The notes beneath the pieces were generated by a model that was not told the origin of the DNA, ran no database searches, and saw nothing but the letters and a program-made list of their open reading frames with translations. Of a stretch of DNA of 20,392 nucleotides, positions 16,224-20,392 are shown one piece after another. How positions within the stretch are numbered: position 1 is the stretch's first letter; every line of letters starts with the position of its first letter. Position numbers and translations under genes: made by a program. Source of the DNA: Raphidiopsis brookii D9 (GTDB taxonomy: Bacteria > Cyanobacteriota > Cyanobacteriia > Cyanobacteriales > Nostocaceae). The stretch is from positions 1 to 20,392 of the forward strand of contig ACYB01000023.1 of the NCBI GenBank assembly GCA_000175855.1, in the 5' to 3' direction.

Positions 16224-18461
16224 TTAAACTGATTGAAAAACAAAATTTAGGCTTGCCCAGTTGTTGACATTTAGTACATAGGAATCAGTGCTGCTCATAC
16301 CACTTTCTGACTTGGGGGTAACACTAGCAACCTGTAAATCCTCTAATATGGCTTGAGTTACATCCAGAGGATTAAATAGTTGACTAATAGACTGTGAATC
16401 TGTAGATTTCTTGTGGGAACTTGCTAAAGCTAATAAAGTTTTAGTAAAAGGAGAAGTGCTGAAAATTAGTTGGTGTTCGCAAAATAATGACTTTTTCGGC
16501 AATAACCAACTAAAACTTTGACCATTCTGGGGAAATTGACGTGATTCTCCTGGAGCAATCACAATCTGCTCTAACTCAGGTTTATTATCAGTCACATTTG
16601 GAGAGGAAATTGCCCATGGGTAAAAAGCTACAGAAGTTTTATGATTATTTAACCCTACTAGCATACAATAAATTGGGCGATCGCCAAAATTGACCACCCG
16701 GTAGACCATGATGCTATTAACCGGAACAGTAGGAACAGCTGCTAATTGGTCTGCAACTCTTTTTTGGTTTTTCCCACTCTGTATGGAAACAGGAGAGGTT
16801 TCCCTTTCCCAGACTAGGTGACGTAAAATTGTACCGGATTGAGAAAAGAGATTTTTGTTAACAACTTCCAAGCTGACTTTCACAGATAATTGAGAAGAAC
16901 CCTGATTTTCTGTCAGTCGCCATAATTTGATTGCCAGTAATTGAGAAAATTTCCTAGTTAGTCTTTGCACTGCCACTTTTACTAATTCTCCCGGTTCCCC
17001 AGCTGTATTCTCTAGGAGTTCACCACCAAGGGAAAATAAACCATAACGAGCGGGGATATCTGATAATTTACCAAAAATATAGTCAGCGCTCCCCTCTGGT
17101 AAAGTGATACTTACCATACGAGTTAAAGCAGAAAAAGCACTGGTAGCATCTACACGCTCAATTCTATCCAGTCCTGAATCTAGACTTACCATGAGGTTAA
17201 TATTGCGAGATAGGACACGTACTGTCTCTTGCACTAATTGACCAACCTGTAAGGGATTACCTGTCGTATCTTGGGCAATTACTTGTGCTTTTGCTGTTAA
17301 ACCGCTACGAGACTTAAAAACTAATTTTTCTCCCCCAACTGCGGTAAATCTGGAATTAACACCATAATTTAACCATACTTGGGGTGGTAATCCTCCCAAC
17401 CATAACTGGGCTGTTTTCCCCTCTGGGTCAATACTGGTAACTACCCCCTGGGCACCAGGAACCGTTATGGGAAAATTCTCGGTAATTAAAGGGGAATTTT
17501 CCTTTGTAGTTAAGGTTAACAAATCTGGTTGTTGACGATTACCTAGTTTATATATATAATTATTAATGTCAGATAAAACAATATGAATAGTTTTGGGCGG
17601 TATAACTTCCCAAAGATACTGGGTTAGGGCGTAGGTAAATAAACCTGCACTAAAACCATAAAATAGGGACTCCCCTGGCGACTGGTCCGGTTGTGAACCA
17701 GCCCTTAGAATTATGGACCTATTCTGACTTGAACTAACCCCGTTGGGCATATTTAAACCTCTACCCTTGGCAATACCATTATTGACAGGCAAACCCCCTC
17801 TTAGGAAATGATCCAAAAAATTCAGCTCTTGGGGATTTAATCTCTTAGTTGAGGGGGTCACCAGGGAGCGAAATCTTAACCCAGAAGGTTGAGTGGTTTT
17901 GGGATAATAACCAGTATCTAACACTGCTGTTACCTTATCAGTGGTAACTAGACCCAATAATAACAACAGGGTTTCTTCTAACAGGTAGTTAGCAAAATTA
18001 TTATCTTCTCTGTTGTTAGATCCATCGGACGCACTTTCATCCACAGGGATTAAAGCATTAGCTCCCCCTGGTAAGTCTTCTAATTGAACACGGGTGCCAT
18101 AACCACTAAAATGGAAGACCACCGCATCATCAGTCTTAACCTGCTTAATCAAATGCTCAGAAATGGCCGCATGAATAAATTCTCGACTAGCTTGTTCCTC
18201 GGTTAAAGTCAGGATATCAGAACTCAAAAACCCAAAACGGTGAATTAACAGTTCTCTTTGTAACTCAACATCGGTTAAGCAACCACTCAATGGAGGACTT
18301 TCTGGGTAGTTATTAATACCTATTAATAGGGCCAATTTGCGATTAGGGGGTGTTGCTAACGCTTCATAATAGCGACCCCCTAAAACTGACCATGCAAGGT
18401 TAATCCATCCTGCAGTTCCCAGTATGGAACCAATTCGTTGTAAAAATCCACGCCGTTTCAT
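16224..18461 (-). CDS. Caspase-fold (C14/orthocaspase-like) protein with Tat-like signal, catalytic dyad apparently substituted
   Basis: MKRRGFLQRIG twin-arginine-like start; KLALLIGINNYPESPPLSGCLTDVELQRELL; VVFHFSGYGTR in place of HxSGHG; AVLDTGYYPKT in place of DSCHSG. Confidence 0.8.
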   Translation of the reverse strand: MKRRGFLQRIGSILGTAGWINLAWSVLGGRYYEALATPPNRKLALLIGINNYPESPPLSGCLTDVELQRELLIHRFGFLSSDILTLTEEQASREFIHAAISEHLIKQVKTDDAVVFHFSGYGTRVQLEDLPGGANALIPVDESASDGSNNREDNNFANYLLEETLLLLLGLVTTDKVTAVLDTGYYPKTTQPSGLRFRSLVTPSTKRLNPQELNFLDHFLRGGLPVNNGIAKGRGLNMPNGVSSSQNRSIILRAGSQPDQSPGESLFYGFSAGLFTYALTQYLWEVIPPKTIHIVLSDINNYIYKLGNRQQPDLLTLTTKENSPLITENFPITVPGAQGVVTSIDPEGKTAQLWLGGLPPQVWLNYGVNSRFTAVGGEKLVFKSRSGLTAKAQVIAQDTTGNPLQVGQLVQETVRVLSRNINLMVSLDSGLDRIERVDATSAFSALTRMVSITLPEGSADYIFGKLSDIPARYGLFSLGGELLENTAGEPGELVKVAVQRLTRKFSQLLAIKLWRLTENQGSSQLSVKVSLEVVNKNLFSQSGTILRHLVWERETSPVSIQSGKNQKRVADQLAAVPTVPVNSIMVYRVVNFGDRPIYCMLVGLNNHKTSVAFYPWAISSPNVTDNKPELEQIVIAPGESRQFPQNGQSFSWLLPKKSLFCEHQLIFSTSPFTKTLLALASSHKKSTDSQSISQLFNPLDVTQAILEDLQVASVTPKSESGMSSTDSYVLNVNNWASLNFVFQSV

Positions 18462-18593
18462 AAGTTAACTAGTAGCCCCAAGTCCATCAGCTAATAGCTT
18501 AAATGGCAAAGGGCTAAAGAGTAAAGTTTGAAATTACACTTTCTTAGGTTATCTGTAATTTGCCAAATGTCAACGGGTACCCTGGGTAGTATA

Positions 18594-19853
18594 CTATACT
18601 AAAGCTGGCTTTTCAATACGTATGGCTCGTGCTAATTCTGCTGCCACCTCGGGACGAGAAAACTCAGGTGGTGGCAACTCACCACGACGCAACATTTCTC
18701 TAACCTTTGTACCTGAGAGGTGAACTCGCTCTACTGGAGTACTGGGACTAGTTTTAGTGGTAGCCATTTGTTTCGTACGGGTACAATAGAAAGCATGTTC
18801 AAATTTCATTGGTACAATGCCCAGTTCTGAAGGTTCAAACTCATCGAAGATATATTGGGCATCATAAGTACCATAATAGTCGCCCACACCCGCATGGTCT
18901 CTACCTACTATAAAATGGGTACAACCGTAGTTCTTACGAACTATTGCATGGAAAATAGCTTCCCTAGGTCCAGCATAACGCATAGCAGCAGGGTTAATTG
19001 CTAGAATTACCCGATCTAAAGGATAATAATGCTCAATTAAAATTTCATAGCAGCGCATACGAACATCCGCTGGAATATCATCTTCCTTGGTAGCGCCCAC
19101 CAGGGGATGTAGAAATAGACCATCAACAGTTTCTAAAGCACACTTTTGAATGTATTCATGGGCCCGGTGGATGGGGTTACGAGTTTGAAAGCCCACAATA
19201 GTTTTCCAGCCTTTTTCTCGGAACATTTGTCGAGAAGCTGCAGGGTCTATTTGGTAGGTAGGAAAGTGGGAGTGAGCATCACGTTGCAGTAACCAGATAT
19301 CCCCAGCCAGATTCACAGAACCCTGGGCATATACTACTTGAACTCCCGGATGTTGGGCTTCGTCTGTGCGATAGACATTCACAGCTTCGCGCTTTTTATT
19401 GTAGGCATACTTTTCACTGAGTTCCAAAACGCCAATATATTCACCTTGGGAGTTATCTAGACGTACTAACCCACCCACCTGCAAAGGACTTGCCACTTCT
19501 TCTGTCACAGACAAAGTGATGGGAATTGACCAGACTACACCATTAGCCAGACGCATTTCCTCTACCACGCGGTTGTAGTCCAGCTGGTTCATAAAACCAG
19601 TTAAGGGACTAAAACCACCAATGGCTATCATTTCTAAGTCTGAAACAGCCCGCTCATCCAGGATCACTCTTGGTAAAAACTCAGCTTTAGCAAGAAAAAA
19701 TTCTTTTTGTTCTGGTGAAGCAACTCGGTTGATTAACTGTCCGCCGTGGGGGGCGATCGCATCTCGATGGTAACTCAAGGTGGTCCTTCCGTAATTTAGT
19801 AATTTATAGTTTTGTTGCCAATCAATTAATAGGTTATCAAATGCTTGGTGCAC
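18594..19853 (-). CDS. sat: Sulfate adenylyltransferase
   Basis: [77 protein letters not shown]. Exact start uncertain. Confidence 0.93.
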   Translation of the reverse strand: MHQAFDNLLIDWQQNYKLLNYGRTTLSYHRDAIAPHGGQLINRVASPEQKEFFLAKAEFLPRVILDERAVSDLEMIAIGGFSPLTGFMNQLDYNRVVEEMRLANGVVWSIPITLSVTEEVASPLQVGGLVRLDNSQGEYIGVLELSEKYAYNKKREAVNVYRTDEAQHPGVQVVYAQGSVNLAGDIWLLQRDAHSHFPTYQIDPAASRQMFREKGWKTIVGFQTRNPIHRAHEYIQKCALETVDGLFLHPLVGATKEDDIPADVRMRCYEILIEHYYPLDRVILAINPAAMRYAGPREAIFHAIVRKNYGCTHFIVGRDHAGVGDYYGTYDAQYIFDEFEPSELGIVPMKFEHAFYCTRTKQMATTKTSPSTPVERVHLSGTKVREMLRRGELPPPEFSRPEVAAELARAIRIEKPALV

Positions 19854-19953
19854 TGTGCAAGTTAGGGAAATCTCAAACCTTGAAAAAGTACAGCATCATC
19901 TCGAAAGATAATAGTTATTTCCTGCTTGACTAGTTGGCTTGAATATGTCTATT

Positions 19954-20391
19954 ATGTAGGTTATCTATATACTCTTAGTTGCTGTAATGTTCCTGGGAAT
20001 TATTGGTGCTGTAGTTCCAGTTATCCCTGGAAGTAGCTTGATTTTGATATCTATTATCATTTGGGGAATCGTGAGTAATTCCTTTGCTGCCATTAAAATT
20101 CCTCTGATTGTAACAATCATTGTTTTACTTCTAAGTACGGGAGTTGGTTTTTTTGCTGGTTATATTGGTGCGAAACAAGCCGGTGCTAGTAAGTGGGGAC
20201 AAATTGGCGCATTTGTGTTATTAATGGGATTTTTCGGGTTATTACCCACTTTATCTTTTGGTGGACCATTATTAGGTATTCTATTTGGACCTCTATTAGG
20301 AGCAATTGTAGGTGAGTTCCTTTATCAAAGACGATTATGTCCTGCGGTGAAAGCTGGTATTGGAATTACTGTGGGAACACTACCAAAGTGA
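19954..20391 (+). pseudogene. Second, degenerate/truncated copy of the DUF456-like gene
   Basis: Near-identical nucleotide sequence to 13641-14085, but ATG TAG at codons 1-2 (CAA>TAG), a 3-nt deletion (gtgggtttatta > gtgttatta), and divergence after ATTACTGTGGGAACx giving ITVGTLPK*. Confidence 0.8.
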
Positions 20392-20392
20392 A

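Overview
Cyanobacterial (HIP1-containing, probably Nostocales-like) chromosomal window. The left ~8 kb is a minus-strand type III-B CRISPR effector operon in transcription order cas10/cmr2 (8041) > cmr3 > cmr4 > cmr5 > a long cmr6-type RAMP protein with a Cmr1-like C-terminal half > CARF-HEPN (Csm6/Csx1-like) protein (984). cmr3 and cmr4 are each broken by an apparent one-base indel in a homopolymer. No CRISPR array, cas1, cas2, cas6 or free-standing cmr1 is visible. Diverging from cas10 is a 727-aa gene (8377-10560) that reads as a P-loop polynucleotide-kinase-like domain, degenerate winged helices and a WYL/WCX-like C-terminus. It is the best candidate for an undescribed component of the system. 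The right ~10 kb has a lipoprotein/VWA cluster, a DUF456-like membrane protein gene with a second damaged copy at the right edge, an IS1-type zinc-ribbon remnant, a 150-bp mosaic that looks like an internally collapsed duplicate of the 10.66-13.63 kb segment, dps, an MTA phosphorylase, a caspase-fold protein lacking the catalytic His/Cys, and sulfate adenylyltransferase. All homology calls are from motif recognition by eye. No database searches were run.
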